Assembly: GCA_000175855.1 (NCBI GenBank)
Contig: ACYB01000031.1
Span: 60,001 to 92,000 of the forward strand
From: Raphidiopsis brookii D9
Lineage (GTDB): Bacteria; Cyanobacteriota; Cyanobacteriia; Cyanobacteriales; Nostocaceae
DNA length: 32,000 nt
Reading direction: 5' to 3'
Shown here: positions 1 to 11,572 of the stretch, in pieces
Position numbering within the stretch: position 1 is the first letter of the stretch
Layout: every line of letters begins with the position of its first letter
Made by a program: the position numbers and the translations under genes
The notes under the pieces: generated by a model
The model's database searches: none
What the model saw: only the letters and a program-made list of their open reading frames with translations
What the model was told of the DNA's origin: nothing

Positions 1-691
1 CTGATTTGAGATATCTAGCTAACTGTCTAGCCTCTGTTGTTGCCTGCTTTAAAGTATCCACATCAGGACTCACCTCTATTTCTCTTTGTAAGACCTTCTG
101 ATGTGATTCTGGTAGTTTCTCCATTTCCTTAACTAAGGGAGCTATATATCTAGCAGGAAGGCTATTATCTGCAGCTTTCTCCCTCACTGGTGTGGGTAAT
201 AATTCTGAGGACATGGCAGTCCATTCATCAGTCAATTGACGAACTTCTCGACGAGTAATGCGATCGCCTTTTTGAGCTGCTTCACTGACCATTTGCTGTA
301 CCTCTGGGGTTGCTTTAGCAGTTTCCACAAAAGCCCGTTTGCTAAAATTATTGACTTTACCGGGGTCGAGCTTACCATCTTGTATTAAGGTATCAGCACT
401 ATTAGCCAGTTGAATCCATTGATATGCTTGACTTTTGCTAATTTCCCTTTCTTTTAACCATTGGATAAACCCAGTTCCCCTGCTGTCTCCACCTTTTTTT
501 TCCCGGTCACGGATGGCACGTAAAATCCGACCCCGCCAGATTTCTGTCTGGAGGTCAAAACGGTCACATACCTGCCAAACTACCTCTAACCTCTCTAAAA
601 AGTCAGTTTCGTCAATTTCTTCATCTTCTGGATCTGGTATTTCAAAGTCTAAATCCACAGGTTGTTGCAGTACAGCTGCAAGGTTATTCAT
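1..691 (-). CDS. Conserved hypothetical protein (3' part beyond the window edge)
   Basis: Reverse-strand reading gives an open frame MNNLAAVLQQPVDLDFEIPDPEDEEIDETDFLERLEVVWQVCDRFDLQTEIWRGRILRAIRD... running off the window edge. It is absent from the ORF track because it is partial. An in-frame GTG lies 6 codons upstream of the ATG. Confidence 0.7.
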   Translation of the reverse strand, partial: MNNLAAVLQQPVDLDFEIPDPEDEEIDETDFLERLEVVWQVCDRFDLQTEIWRGRILRAIRDREKKGGDSRGTGFIQWLKEREISKSQAYQWIQLANSADTLIQDGKLDPGKVNNFSKRAFVETAKATPEVQQMVSEAAQKGDRITRREVRQLTDEWTAMSSELLPTPVREKAADNSLPARYIAPLVKEMEKLPESHQKVLQREIEVSPDVDTLKQATTEARQLARYLKS

Positions 692-820
692 AGGGTCGGT
701 ATCTTGCACGATCAATAAATATGGATAAAATTTACGTATATTTGGAAATTATAGCTGACAATGTTGTCAAAATTTTCGAGCCTAGGAAAATAGAAAGTAT
801 CAAAACGCGACTAAACAAAA

Positions 821-1807
821 ATGAATCAGATCAACTATTTACGTATTAGTTTAATAGATCGCTGTAATTTTCGTTGTCTCTACTGTATGCCAAATGATAC
901 AGAATTAAACCATATTCTCAAAAAACAACTATTAACCAATGATGAACTATTAACCCTAATTCAAGACGTATTTATTCCTGTGGGATTTAACCGGTTTCGT
1001 TTAACTGGTGGTGAACCCTTACTCCGTCCCGGGGTGGTGGACTTGGTAAATAAAATTGCCCATCTCCCCCCAAACCCAAGATTTATCCATGACCACCAAT
1101 GGTTTTTATTAGCGCCCTTGGCACAGGATCTCTATAATGCAGGACTAACCAGAATTAACATTAGTTTAGACTCCCTTAACCCCAATACCTTTAATTTAAT
1201 TATTGGAGATCATAGTCCTCATGGTTGGGAACAAGTTTGGCATGGTATTCAATCCGCTTACAAGGTTGGATTTAACCCCTTAAAGTTAAATGTAGTGGTC
1301 ATTCCAGGTATCAATGACCATGAAATTCTCAACCTAGCTGCTCTAACCCTGGACAAAAACTGGCATGTTAGGTTCATTGAATTTATGCCCATTGGTAACA
1401 CCTCTCTGTTTAGCGATCGCGGTTGGGTATCTTCCGCACAATTACGAGATCAGATTGGTCAGCGTTGGGGTTTGACAGAATCACAGGTTCGTGGTAATGG
1501 ACCTGCGGATGTATTTCAAATTCCCGGAGCCAAGGGAACCCTAGGTTTTATCAGCCAGATGTCTGAATGCTTTTGTGATCGCTGTAACCGGCTGCGTCTT
1601 TCCGCTGATGGTTGGTTGCGTCCTTGTTTATTGAATGAATCTGGACAAATAGACCTAAAAACAGCCCTGCGATCGGGTCAGACCATGGGGGAGTTACAAC
1701 AACAAGTAGGGGAGCTATTACACCTGAAGTCAGAAATTAACTTTAAAGAGAGGAACCCGGGTACAATTGGCACTTACAGTCGTACCATGTCCCAAATTGG
1801 GGGATAG
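821..1807 (+). CDS. moaA: GTP 3',8-cyclase MoaA (molybdenum cofactor biosynthesis)
   Basis: Radical-SAM motif CNFRCLYC, second cluster motif [19 protein letters not shown]-terminal GG; 328 aa. Confidence 0.96.
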   Translation: MNQINYLRISLIDRCNFRCLYCMPNDTELNHILKKQLLTNDELLTLIQDVFIPVGFNRFRLTGGEPLLRPGVVDLVNKIAHLPPNPRFIHDHQWFLLAPLAQDLYNAGLTRINISLDSLNPNTFNLIIGDHSPHGWEQVWHGIQSAYKVGFNPLKLNVVVIPGINDHEILNLAALTLDKNWHVRFIEFMPIGNTSLFSDRGWVSSAQLRDQIGQRWGLTESQVRGNGPADVFQIPGAKGTLGFISQMSECFCDRCNRLRLSADGWLRPCLLNESGQIDLKTALRSGQTMGELQQQVGELLHLKSEINFKERNPGTIGTYSRTMSQIGG

Positions 1808-1884
1808 AGTAGGATCAGCACCAAAACTACTTAGTAGGATATAGGATAAGTAGTTTTGGATAGACTCAAAAGCCAAAAGGCAAA

Positions 1885-2493
1885 TTATGCCTGACGTGAA
1901 TAGTATTCCACAACGAGCAGTTCATTCACCTGCAGTGCCACCCATTCCCGCTCAATCACACCATTGACCTTACCAGTCAACTTGTTCTTATCGAATTCCA
2001 AATGGTTAGGAAGATTAGCCAATCCAGGATACTGCAAATTATTTTCTACTAGTTTTCTGGATGCTTCCTTATCTTTAACACCAATTTCTTCTCCCGGACG
2101 ACATTGATAACTGGCAATGTTGACCACCCGTCCATTTATCGTCACATGACCATGACTGACTAATTGTCTTGCTGCTGAGATAGTGGGGGCCATTCCCAAT
2201 CGAAAAACCGTGTTATCCAAGCGCATCTCCAATAACTGAAGTAACACTTGTCCAGTAGAGCCAGTGACTCGTCTGGCCTTGCGAACATAGCGTAACATTT
2301 GCTTTTCCGTTAACCCGTAATTCAATCGGAGTTTTTGCTTTTCTTCCAGACGGATAGCATACTCAGATCTTTTCTTACGATTTTGACCGTGTTGCCCGGG
2401 TGCGTAAGCACGTCTGGCACTTTTGCGAGTTAATCCTGGTAATTCCCCCAGACGGCGCACAATTCTGAGGCGCGGACCTCTATATCGAGACAT
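1885..2493 (-). CDS. rpsD: 30S ribosomal protein S4
   Basis: [22 protein letters not shown]...; S4 domain [34 protein letters not shown]; 202 aa. Confidence 0.98.
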   Translation of the reverse strand: MSRYRGPRLRIVRRLGELPGLTRKSARRAYAPGQHGQNRKKRSEYAIRLEEKQKLRLNYGLTEKQMLRYVRKARRVTGSTGQVLLQLLEMRLDNTVFRLGMAPTISAARQLVSHGHVTINGRVVNIASYQCRPGEEIGVKDKEASRKLVENNLQYPGLANLPNHLEFDKNKLTGKVNGVIEREWVALQVNELLVVEYYSRQA

Positions 2494-2662
2494 GAGTTTC
2501 CTTATCTAATCCTGTTTAAACTTTACCTAAACAATCCATTATCACATAAATTCTAGCAATTAGCCAAGAACTAGAGAAAATTGAGTGTCATGATGACTTA
2601 TTTTTCTGGTATTATAGTCTTAATACTAAGTAGGTAGCAAGTTAGTTGCACTAAAAAAGCCA

Positions 2663-2693
2663 AAGATCTCTGACCCTGAAGGTCAGAGATCTT
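2663..2693 (-). terminator. Intrinsic terminator downstream of hetR
   Basis: Perfect 13-bp inverted repeat AAGATCTCTGACC-ctgaa-GGTCAGAGATCTT. On the minus strand it is followed by TTGGCTTTTTT, 34 bp after the hetR stop. Confidence 0.8.
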
Positions 2694-2726
2694 GACAAAG
2701 AGAAATACGGCTAAGGTATTGGGAAT

Positions 2727-3734
<1,008 letters not shown>

Positions 3735-3739
3735 CTAAA

Positions 3740-4953
3740 TTAAGAGGGATATACTGGTAAAGTAAAATGAAACCAAGCGCCACCATTAGGGGTAGAATCT
3801 ACCCAAATCTGACCATAGTGGGCACGGATAATACGTTGACACAGGGATAAACCAATGCCATAGCCATCCGCTGCTTGATCTCGTTCCAGACGGAAATGAT
3901 TTTCGAAAATGTGATCTCGGTTTTCATGGGGAATACCAGGACCTGTATCACCAACACTAAATTGTACCTTTTGTGTTGTCCTATGCAGTCCTGCCAAACT
4001 AATTTTCCCTTCTTTGGGTGTGTACTTGATAGCATTGTCTAATAAATTAATCAAAACTTGACGAATTCTTTCTGGATCCGCATACACACAAGGCAGATCA
4101 GATGGAAGATCGGTCTCTACTGTTTGAGACTTACCAACATAACGATCTCGTAATTCTTCTAGTACTTCAAAACTGAGTTTGCCCAATTCCAACCTTTGTG
4201 GTGCTATATTAAAATCGTTATCGTTTTCGCGTCCGATTTCCAACAGATCGGCTATCATCCTATCAATAATCCGGGTTTGATGGCGGGCCTGTTTGAGTAA
4301 ATTTTCCGTCATGTTTGGTTTTAGGCGTTGAAACTAACCCAAGTCGGGATTATAATCGGATTGAAGAGTATCTATAGCTATGGCAGCAGCAGTTAAAGGG
4401 TTGCGAAGGTCATGAGCTAGCATAGCTATGATACGCTCTTTAAATTGTAACTGTTCTTGAAGTTTTGCTTTTCCTGGTTGAGGTAAAAAATCTGGTCTGA
4501 CAGCTTAATTCGCTCAGCAGAAAGGGCCACAGAGTGTATAGTAGATGGGGGGTGAGTCATAGAAATATCTGGTTCTGGAAGTTCGTGTAGGTCTTTCTGT
4601 AAAGCCAGGGATGTATCTATGACAGTTTGCCACCGTGGCCACCAATTTTGTAATTGGGCAATGATATTACTTCCAGCCAAAGTTTGTTGCGGTTCTGGAT
4701 GGATTTTGACTAAAGCTGGTGTTGCAACCAGTCTGAAATGTTCTGCTAAATAGGGTTCCTCTCGGACATCAATGATTTGCAGATCAAAACTATAGTCTAC
4801 TTCGAGATCTTGTAGGTACGCGCATATTCGTTGCACTTGTTGGCGAGACTTGGGTCTTCCATCAACAAAGAGCAACAGTTGGAGTGGAGCCTCAAAATGA
4901 ATAGGCTGATCCTGGGAAACTTCCATGTAATCTTGTTTCAGCACTGGTAACAA
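3740..4953 (-). pseudogene. sasA: SasA-type circadian sensor histidine kinase, disrupted as written by a frameshift and an in-frame stop
   Basis: 4426..4953 encodes the N-terminal KaiB-like domain ([61 protein letters not shown]). 3740..4312 encodes the HATPase (N box [25 protein letters not shown]). Between them a shifted frame still reads [55 protein letters not shown], so there is one indel near 4455-4470 and one TAG at 4334-4336. Confidence 0.85.
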
Positions 4954-5218
4954 CCTGGCAACGCCTGAGAAATACTAAAATACTGAGTTACTTGGGCAAA
5001 ATTGTTTAAGTTAGACTAGTTATTCTATTCATCCCTAGTTTAGCACTCCAGATGTCCATAAATTCCATAAGTTAAAATTTATGGGGTTAGTAGCTGAATA
5101 AAAATATCTAGGCCTAGGCAATTCTTCCGAAATGCCTATATAATGAACGATATGGAGGCTCTAACCGGTTAGGGAATGCTAGTCTAGTAGTTAATATTAA
5201 ACATACTTGTGATTTTCT

Positions 5219-6592
5219 GTGGTTATTTATAAACCTTACACTACTTTTATTAGTATAACTGTTTCGCTATTTACCTTAACAGGTTGTGCTAATGCACCCG
5301 TTGCCAAAAACTGGGAACGTAATTTGGCTGCGGACCCGCAACTACAGGAGAGATCGGGACTTTTTGGTGTTCCTCAGCAGCAACAAACACCCCTAACACC
5401 TGTAGTTAGTTTACCTAGTGATTTTCCTAAAGTAATTCCCTTATATTCTAATGCTAAGTTGATAGAAGTTGAACGGTCACAAAATAATCCACAAGACCCA
5501 ACACATTTGACTATAACTCGCTGGGAAAGCTCTGATCCCAGTAACATGATTGCCGGTTTCTATGCTAGCAAACTGCAAACAGACAATTGGCAAATTTTAC
5601 AAAAGCCAGGAAATGATGGAGATGGGATCTTTGAAGCTCGAAAAACCGATATATTATTGAAGTTAACTATTAAACCTACAACAGTCACTAATACCAATGC
5701 AAGTCAACCTATAAGCTCCACTGAATTAACAATTGAATATCAGTTGAGTAACAACTTAAAAAACAGTGATTTAGGAGAAAATATAACGTCTCAACCTGAC
5801 CCATCCCCAATCATAACTGATTCAACTAACACCAGTCAACAATCTACTGAGCAAATTGACTACAATCAAAATTTCCATCCTCTGGAATTTACCGATTTAC
5901 CACAAGTACCATTAGAATGGAGAAAACCAATTGAGGATTTAGGCAAGTTGGGAGTTTTGTCCATAGATAATAAGGTGCTGAGGAATAATCAACAGACTAA
6001 AAAATATTCTGGGCAACCACAAAAACTGCAACCCAACAAAATAATTACACGCCGAGATTTTGCTAGATGGTTACTAACTGGTAACAATGTGATGTATGCT
6101 AATAAGCAGGCTAAAAAAATCCGTTTACCATCCCCGGGTTCCCAACCCATCTTTAAAGATGTTCCACCCACTGATGTTGATTTTCCGTTTATTCAGGGTT
6201 TAGCAGAAGCTGGACTAATTGCCAGTCCTCTCTCAGGGGATATAACGGAAGTCTTGTTTCGTCCCGATGCACCTCTAACCAGAGAAAACCTCCTAATGTG
6301 GAAAGTTCCCTTAGATACTCGTCAATCTCTACCCAATGCTAGTATGGAAGCAGTAAAGCAAACCTGGGGGTTTCAGGATACAGAAAAGATTGACCTAAAA
6401 GCCCTTAGAGCAGTCCTAGCTGACTTTCAAAATGGGGAACAATCAAATATTAGAAGAGTTTTTGGATATACAACTCTGTTTCAGCCTAAAAAAGCTGTGA
6501 CCAGAGGGGAAGCTGCTCTAACTATATCCTATTTTGGTTTTCAAGGTGAGGGAGTGTCAACGACGGAAGCACTAAAGTTAAAGAGTGAGTAA
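5219..6592 (+). CDS. S-layer homology (SLH) domain-containing putative lipoprotein
   Basis: Signal/lipobox-like FTLTGCANAP at the N-terminus. SLH-like segments IITRRDFARWLL, PIFKDVPPTDVDFPFIQGLAEAGLI and KKAVTRGEAALTISYFGF near the C-terminus. GTG start. Confidence 0.75.
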   Translation: MVIYKPYTTFISITVSLFTLTGCANAPVAKNWERNLAADPQLQERSGLFGVPQQQQTPLTPVVSLPSDFPKVIPLYSNAKLIEVERSQNNPQDPTHLTITRWESSDPSNMIAGFYASKLQTDNWQILQKPGNDGDGIFEARKTDILLKLTIKPTTVTNTNASQPISSTELTIEYQLSNNLKNSDLGENITSQPDPSPIITDSTNTSQQSTEQIDYNQNFHPLEFTDLPQVPLEWRKPIEDLGKLGVLSIDNKVLRNNQQTKKYSGQPQKLQPNKIITRRDFARWLLTGNNVMYANKQAKKIRLPSPGSQPIFKDVPPTDVDFPFIQGLAEAGLIASPLSGDITEVLFRPDAPLTRENLLMWKVPLDTRQSLPNASMEAVKQTWGFQDTEKIDLKALRAVLADFQNGEQSNIRRVFGYTTLFQPKKAVTRGEAALTISYFGFQGEGVSTTEALKLKSE

Positions 6593-6616
6593 TATTGACT
6601 TACATAAGGTGTGTTT

Positions 6617-7048
6617 ATGCGTTTCCGATCAGTTATCCTAGTCTTTTTTGTTTGTTTAACTAGTTTTCTTGGATTGATAATTACTCCATCAGCTTTAGCA
6701 TTAACTAGTATTAAGCTGTTCGATTTATCCTATCAAGATTGTCCTTCAGACCTAGCTCAAGGTGCTGTGGTCAGTGGTAGTTCCAGATTCGCTAACTGTT
6801 TTATAATTACAGGCAAGGCAGAAAATGGCACTTACAAAACCGTTTATGATGCTGATGTATACGGTAGGATCTATGATGCAAACAATGACCCCATCTTACA
6901 AAATCGCTCCCGCTTGGGGTCAATTGCGCAAGTACCACCCGGTATCAGTAATTTTGAGTTAAGAATTTCTGTACCAGCTAATCAACCAACTCCACTCAAG
7001 TTGAAACAGTTTAAAGCATCAGGGTTTAGCACTATGATCCGAAAATAG
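6617..7048 (+). CDS. Conserved hypothetical secreted protein
   Basis: Signal-peptide-like N-terminus MRFRSVILVFFVCLTSFLGLIITPSALA; the ORF can also start at GTG 6611. Confidence 0.65.
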   Translation: MRFRSVILVFFVCLTSFLGLIITPSALALTSIKLFDLSYQDCPSDLAQGAVVSGSSRFANCFIITGKAENGTYKTVYDADVYGRIYDANNDPILQNRSRLGSIAQVPPGISNFELRISVPANQPTPLKLKQFKASGFSTMIRK

Positions 7049-7140
7049 ACCTATGCCTTTGACTTCTTCCCGATTTAAACAAATGGGGAGTGTCAATGAC
7101 TCCATCCAAAAACAATTCTACCAATTCAGTCATGGTTAGT

Positions 7141-7419
7141 CTAAAATCCCCCTAAAGAAGTTACACGACTAAGGTTCTCCAACAAACTAGAGACTATATT
7201 GAGTACCAAGAAGGCCAAAATAGGGGAAATATCAATACCCCCTAAGGAAGGAATGATATTGCGGAATAGGTTGAGGTAGGGGTCACTGACCTGACTTAGT
7301 GCAGCAAATGGCTGATTGTACCAGTTAATTTGTGGGAACCAGGTTAGCAGAACCCTGACGATTAGCACGTAGCTATAAATTTCCACAAAGGAGGCTAAAG
7401 TTTGGAAAAGTAAATACAT
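7141..7419 (-). CDS. YggT family membrane protein
   Basis: Two hydrophobic segments and the motifs RVLLTWFPQINWYNQPFAALSQVSDPYLNLFRNIIP, typical of YggT/Ycf19. Confidence 0.88.
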   Translation of the reverse strand: MYLLFQTLASFVEIYSYVLIVRVLLTWFPQINWYNQPFAALSQVSDPYLNLFRNIIPSLGGIDISPILAFLVLNIVSSLLENLSRVTSLGGF

Positions 7420-7447
7420 AGTTAGGGGAGTTTTTTACCTTAGGTGA

Positions 7448-7786
7448 TTATTCCTGAATTAACGAGGATTGAGAGGAAGTAGGAGAACTACTATTAACAC
7501 TGTTTAATTGTTCTCGCACATCATCAATTGTAGCATTGAGCTGGGCAATTTTGTCTTCTAGAGACCGCCTTGCTGTTTCCATGGCTAGATCTTGACTAAT
7601 TGCTGATTTCATCTGTTTTCTTCTCGTCCCACCTTTACCCACTTCTAAATCATCACTGTTACCTCCATCCTCCCTTTCTACTGTTTCCCTTCTCGATGCT
7701 AATACAGTGCCCAAAATGCCACCTACCACACCTCCAACAATTGTCCCCAGTAGAAAACCACTCCCAAACCCATCTTTCTGACTCAT
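7448..7786 (-). CDS. YtxH-like / gas-vesicle-like small membrane-anchored protein
   Basis: GSGFLLGTIVGGVVGGILGTVLASRR glycine-rich N-terminal membrane segment followed by a coiled-coil tail. Confidence 0.6.
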   Translation of the reverse strand: MSQKDGFGSGFLLGTIVGGVVGGILGTVLASRRETVEREDGGNSDDLEVGKGGTRRKQMKSAISQDLAMETARRSLEDKIAQLNATIDDVREQLNSVNSSSPTSSQSSLIQE

Positions 7787-7828
7787 ACTTTCACCGCCTT
7801 CAATAAATAGTAGCTAATATGGTAGCTT

Positions 7829-8479
7829 TTAAGTACCAAAAATGCGATCGCCTGCATCTCCTAGTCCCGGAACAATGAATCCTTGGTCATCTAGGTTTTC
7901 ATCAATGGTGGCACTGTAGATGACTAATTGAGGATAAGTAGCATTTAGTCTTTGCAAAGCAGGTTTTGCTGCAATTACACAAACAATTCGAGTTAATGCT
8001 GGTTCCACACCTCTTTGTGTCAATTCTGCCATTGTTGCCATTATAGATCCTCCTGTGGCCAACATAGGATCGGCAATTAAAACCCTAGTGTCAGGGGCAA
8101 ATTTTTCTGGTAACTTATTGAGATAACAGGATGGCTCTAGGGTTTTTGCATCTCGGGTTAATCCCAAATGGTAAACACTAGCTAAGGGTAACACAGTTTG
8201 AGCTCCTTCCCATAAACCCAATCCTGCACGGAGAACAGGGACAACTGCTAGGGGTACTTGTGAATTGATAAAAGTGGCTGGGCATGGAGCTAAAGGAGTT
8301 TGAACTACGCTTTCTTGAGTAGGTAGCCATTCTCTAGTGGCTTCATAGGTTAACCACCTTCCTAATTCAGTAATAGCAGAGCGGAATAGCACTGAAGGGG
8401 TAGCTGCTTCACGAGCTACAGACAACCAGTGTTTAATTAAGGGATGGGGTGGGACATAAACAAGCAATTGTGGTTTCAT
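7829..8479 (-). CDS. upp: Uracil phosphoribosyltransferase
   Basis: PRPP-binding motif RVLIADPMLATGGSIMAT and C-terminal GFIVPGLGDAGDRIFGT; 216 aa. Confidence 0.93.
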   Translation of the reverse strand: MKPQLLVYVPPHPLIKHWLSVAREAATPSVLFRSAITELGRWLTYEATREWLPTQESVVQTPLAPCPATFINSQVPLAVVPVLRAGLGLWEGAQTVLPLASVYHLGLTRDAKTLEPSCYLNKLPEKFAPDTRVLIADPMLATGGSIMATMAELTQRGVEPALTRIVCVIAAKPALQRLNATYPQLVIYSATIDENLDDQGFIVPGLGDAGDRIFGT

Positions 8480-8611
8480 GGAAAAAATTCTTTAGTGGAC
8501 AGGATCAAAAGGTTCCATAGTAGTATATTAGGTAGATTTCACATGAAACTCTTTTGTTTGATCCGGATTTTGATAGTATATTTCGTTAAATTCCCAACCT
8601 CATAATCAAAC

Positions 8612-9208
8612 ATGCACATGCGAGCAACTACGGGTGATATTAATGGCAAACCATCCCATCCCACATATTCCCCCTCCGTTCCTATTTCCGTTTATCGAGA
8701 ACTGGTGACAGAATTAAAAGCCATACAGTCCAAATTAGATGTGGTTACCAACCATAATCAAAAATTAGTCCAGGAAAATCAGTATTTATGCCAGGAAGTC
8801 AATCGAGTTGTTCAGTCTTGTTTGGAATTACAAAATTTGCTTGATTCCAAAAATGACCCTGGTAAATATTCTCAGCCGGGATTAAACACAGATTATAGCA
8901 CTAAGACTGGTCCCCACCCTACTAATACGGAGAATACACCCTATGATCATTCAAAATCTCTCAGGGAGCAACCTACCCACCCAAAAATGCACCCAAACCT
9001 AAGCCAGAACGGGATAAAAAAGAACACACAAATCAAGAACAAAACCCATATTAATTTTAAAACCACACCTAATCCATCTAAGTCCGTTAGTAGAGGAATA
9101 AATGGTTGGTGGTTGTTTTTAACCATTCTTGTGGTGATGGTTTCTGGTTTTAGTGCTGGATATTTAGTGGTGCGCCCCTTTTTGCAAAGGGCCCAAATTA
9201 CACGTTAA
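8612..9208 (+). CDS. Hypothetical protein with short coiled coil and C-terminal transmembrane helix
   Basis: Open frame of 198 aa with one hydrophobic helix GWWLFLTILVVMVSGFSAGYLVV; low-complexity N/T/P-rich linker. Confidence 0.55.
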   Translation: MHMRATTGDINGKPSHPTYSPSVPISVYRELVTELKAIQSKLDVVTNHNQKLVQENQYLCQEVNRVVQSCLELQNLLDSKNDPGKYSQPGLNTDYSTKTGPHPTNTENTPYDHSKSLREQPTHPKMHPNLSQNGIKKNTQIKNKTHINFKTTPNPSKSVSRGINGWWLFLTILVVMVSGFSAGYLVVRPFLQRAQITR

Positions 9209-9995
9209 TCATTAAACTACTTGTCAATTTTAAACGATTAAACATAGACTCTCTTCCTTGTAGTGCTAAAGTATCATCTAAAGGTGAGAGTTCAAATTCT
9301 TGTTTATACTTGAGCTTTAATGCTGTGACAATTAACCAGTCCGCAACAAAGGGATTTTTAGGTAGTAGAGGACCATGTGAATAAGTGGCGATCGCATTTT
9401 GATAAAAAGCACCCTCAGTGCCATCTTCCCCATTATTACCTAGACCATAAACAACACGTCCTAGGGGTTCTACTGTTCCTAACTTAGTTCTACCCCCGTG
9501 GTTTTCAAAACCAACCAAATAGGGTTTAATTCCCGTCATTGCTTTTAGTTCTCGTGCTAAACGGGAAGCAGTCACCTCTATAACCAGATTGCCAATACAG
9601 CGTTTAGAGGTTTCTCCTGGGTGAACAGAAACTAAATCCAATATTCCTAAACCTTGTATTCTTTTTCCCAAAGCGGGTTCATAATAATGTCCTAGTAGTT
9701 GGGGTGAACCACAGGTAAAAACTCCCGGTGTACCTTGCTCTATTTTCTCCTTAATTGCGTCAGCTTTTGCTCCTTGTAAATCACGCATAACAATTTCTTG
9801 CTGACGGTCTTGGGCACCTCCCCCCACAATAACATCGACAGATTTGATGTCCTGGGGGGTGGAATTTTGGTCTAAGGGTAATATGGTGACATCGTATCCG
9901 CGCCATTGGGATCGACGTTGGAGAGTGATAACATTACCTCTATCTCCATAAGTGCTCATCAGTTTTGGATATAACCAACCAATAATAATTTCCAT
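9198..9995 (-). CDS. gatD: GatD-like glutamine amidotransferase (lipid II isoglutaminyl synthase subunit)
   Basis: MEIIIGWLYPKLMSTYGDRGNVITLQRRSQWRGY..., GGGAQDRQQ, nucleophile region GVFTCGSPQLLGHYYEP and GFENHGGRT. Immediately downstream of a murT-like gene. Confidence 0.85.
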   Translation of the reverse strand: MEIIIGWLYPKLMSTYGDRGNVITLQRRSQWRGYDVTILPLDQNSTPQDIKSVDVIVGGGAQDRQQEIVMRDLQGAKADAIKEKIEQGTPGVFTCGSPQLLGHYYEPALGKRIQGLGILDLVSVHPGETSKRCIGNLVIEVTASRLARELKAMTGIKPYLVGFENHGGRTKLGTVEPLGRVVYGLGNNGEDGTEGAFYQNAIATYSHGPLLPKNPFVADWLIVTALKLKYKQEFELSPLDDTLALQGRESMFNRLKLTSSLMINV

Positions 9996-10047
9996 TTGAA
10001 GTCTGTTAGTTTTTTTTAAAAAGTGCCAGAAAAAAGAAGATAAAACA

Positions 10048-11406
10048 TTAGAGAATCTTTCTCCCTGTTAAAATCCCCCGTACTTCCAACATAGCTGAAT
10101 AGGTAGGAAGAATGTGTAGGGTTTCATTCTGAGGAGTATTTTCCAGAGCAATCTTGATAGCTTGCTGCAAATCCTCCTCAACGATTAAACGGATCTTACT
10201 ATCCAAAGAACTTTGGCTATAACGCAACCTTAAAGCCATATCATAGAGACGATCTCCACTCACAATTAATGTTCCACCTCGTTCCACCAATTTTTCCGTA
10301 TCCACATCCCAAATCCAGGAAACATCAGTACCATCAGGGATCCGATCATTTAACACCAACAAAGTAGTTTTATCTTGACTTTGGGTGACTACCCTAATAG
10401 TTTCATTAGTTCCCACGGGATTTTTGGATAACAAAATCCGCACCTTTTTACCGCTGACCAATAAATCTTCAGCTCGACCAAAAGCAGCTTGGAAATTGTC
10501 AATACTGTTTCTAATGGTTGGTTCGTCAATACTTAATTCCTGAGCAGCAGTGACAGCAGCTAGGGTATTATATTTGTTGTATAATCCTATGAGAATCTGT
10601 GACCATTCACCACTTAATAGCAAAGGTTGACTTTTGTTAAATCCACAACTAGGACAGGTGAAATCTCCCAAGTGGGATAAATAAACCCCCTGATAATCCA
10701 AAGGATCTCCACAACGGGGACAGTAAATAGAATCTACTGCATGGGGAATGGAGTCTAAATAATTTTCCGGTTCACTTAAACCAAAAAATAACACTCTCTG
10801 ATGTAACTGCTGACCTAAATATGATAAAGTAGGGTCATCAGCGTTGGGAATAACTACAGTTTCCCTGGGTAAGGTGGAAATTGCCCTTGTCCATTTTTTG
10901 CTAATGGTATCAACCTCCCCATATCTGTCTAGTTGATCTCTAAACAAATTTAAACAAATAATCAGATTTGGTTGTAAAGGTTGTAATACCTTAGGAACAA
11001 TATTTTCATCAACCTCTAAAATTGCATAGTCAACATTTAAATAACCCATTAAGTTAGTGTTTTCTATTAAAGCAGTTGCTAAACCATTTTCCAGATTCGC
11101 ACCAGTGGAATTATGGGCAATTTTAAACCCTTTGTTTTCCAAAATAGTACACAACAACAAAGCAGTCGTGGTTTTGCCATTAGTTCCTGCAATTAAAATT
11201 ACACCTTTTTTTACCTGCTGACTCAAAAGCTGTAAAAGTTTAGGCTCGATGCGTCGTGCAATAGCACCTGGTAACACACTAGCAGCTCCAAAACCCAGGG
11301 AACGCACTAAAAAGGTGATAGTTTTGGCGATAGATACTGCCAAATATAGTTTAATTCTGTTTATAATTGGCATAAACTTTGATTTCTTTTTCACGGGCGC
11401 TCCCAA
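10048..11406 (-). CDS. murT: MurT-like Mur ligase (lipid II isoglutaminyl synthase subunit)
   Basis: Mur-ligase P-loop LIAGTNGKTTTALLL; internal Cys4 zinc ribbon YCPRCGDPLDYQGVYLSHLGDFTCPSCG; 452 aa. Confidence 0.88.
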   Translation of the reverse strand: MGAPVKKKSKFMPIINRIKLYLAVSIAKTITFLVRSLGFGAASVLPGAIARRIEPKLLQLLSQQVKKGVILIAGTNGKTTTALLLCTILENKGFKIAHNSTGANLENGLATALIENTNLMGYLNVDYAILEVDENIVPKVLQPLQPNLIICLNLFRDQLDRYGEVDTISKKWTRAISTLPRETVVIPNADDPTLSYLGQQLHQRVLFFGLSEPENYLDSIPHAVDSIYCPRCGDPLDYQGVYLSHLGDFTCPSCGFNKSQPLLLSGEWSQILIGLYNKYNTLAAVTAAQELSIDEPTIRNSIDNFQAAFGRAEDLLVSGKKVRILLSKNPVGTNETIRVVTQSQDKTTLLVLNDRIPDGTDVSWIWDVDTEKLVERGGTLIVSGDRLYDMALRLRYSQSSLDSKIRLIVEEDLQQAIKIALENTPQNETLHILPTYSAMLEVRGILTGRKIL

Positions 11407-11572
11407 GAAATTTCCTGATTGTTAAAAACAATCCCCCTAGTGTAGCTAATGTTTACCAAAACCGCTAGGGTGCCAAACCCCAAAAAATTCTTCACAAATA
11501 TCCCCCAGTTGTCACTATAGGTGTAACTGTTATATATAGACTATATGTAGACAAACGTGTTAAATAAGGTTT

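Noticed and set aside
435-728. 97-aa plus-strand ORF
   Set aside because: Antisense to the well-behaved minus-strand frame starting at 691; low-complexity Ser-rich translation, so a shadow ORF.
3799-4035. 78-aa minus-strand ORF
   Set aside because: Alternative frame of the sasA kinase core; the 3740..4312 frame carries the conserved ATP-binding motifs.
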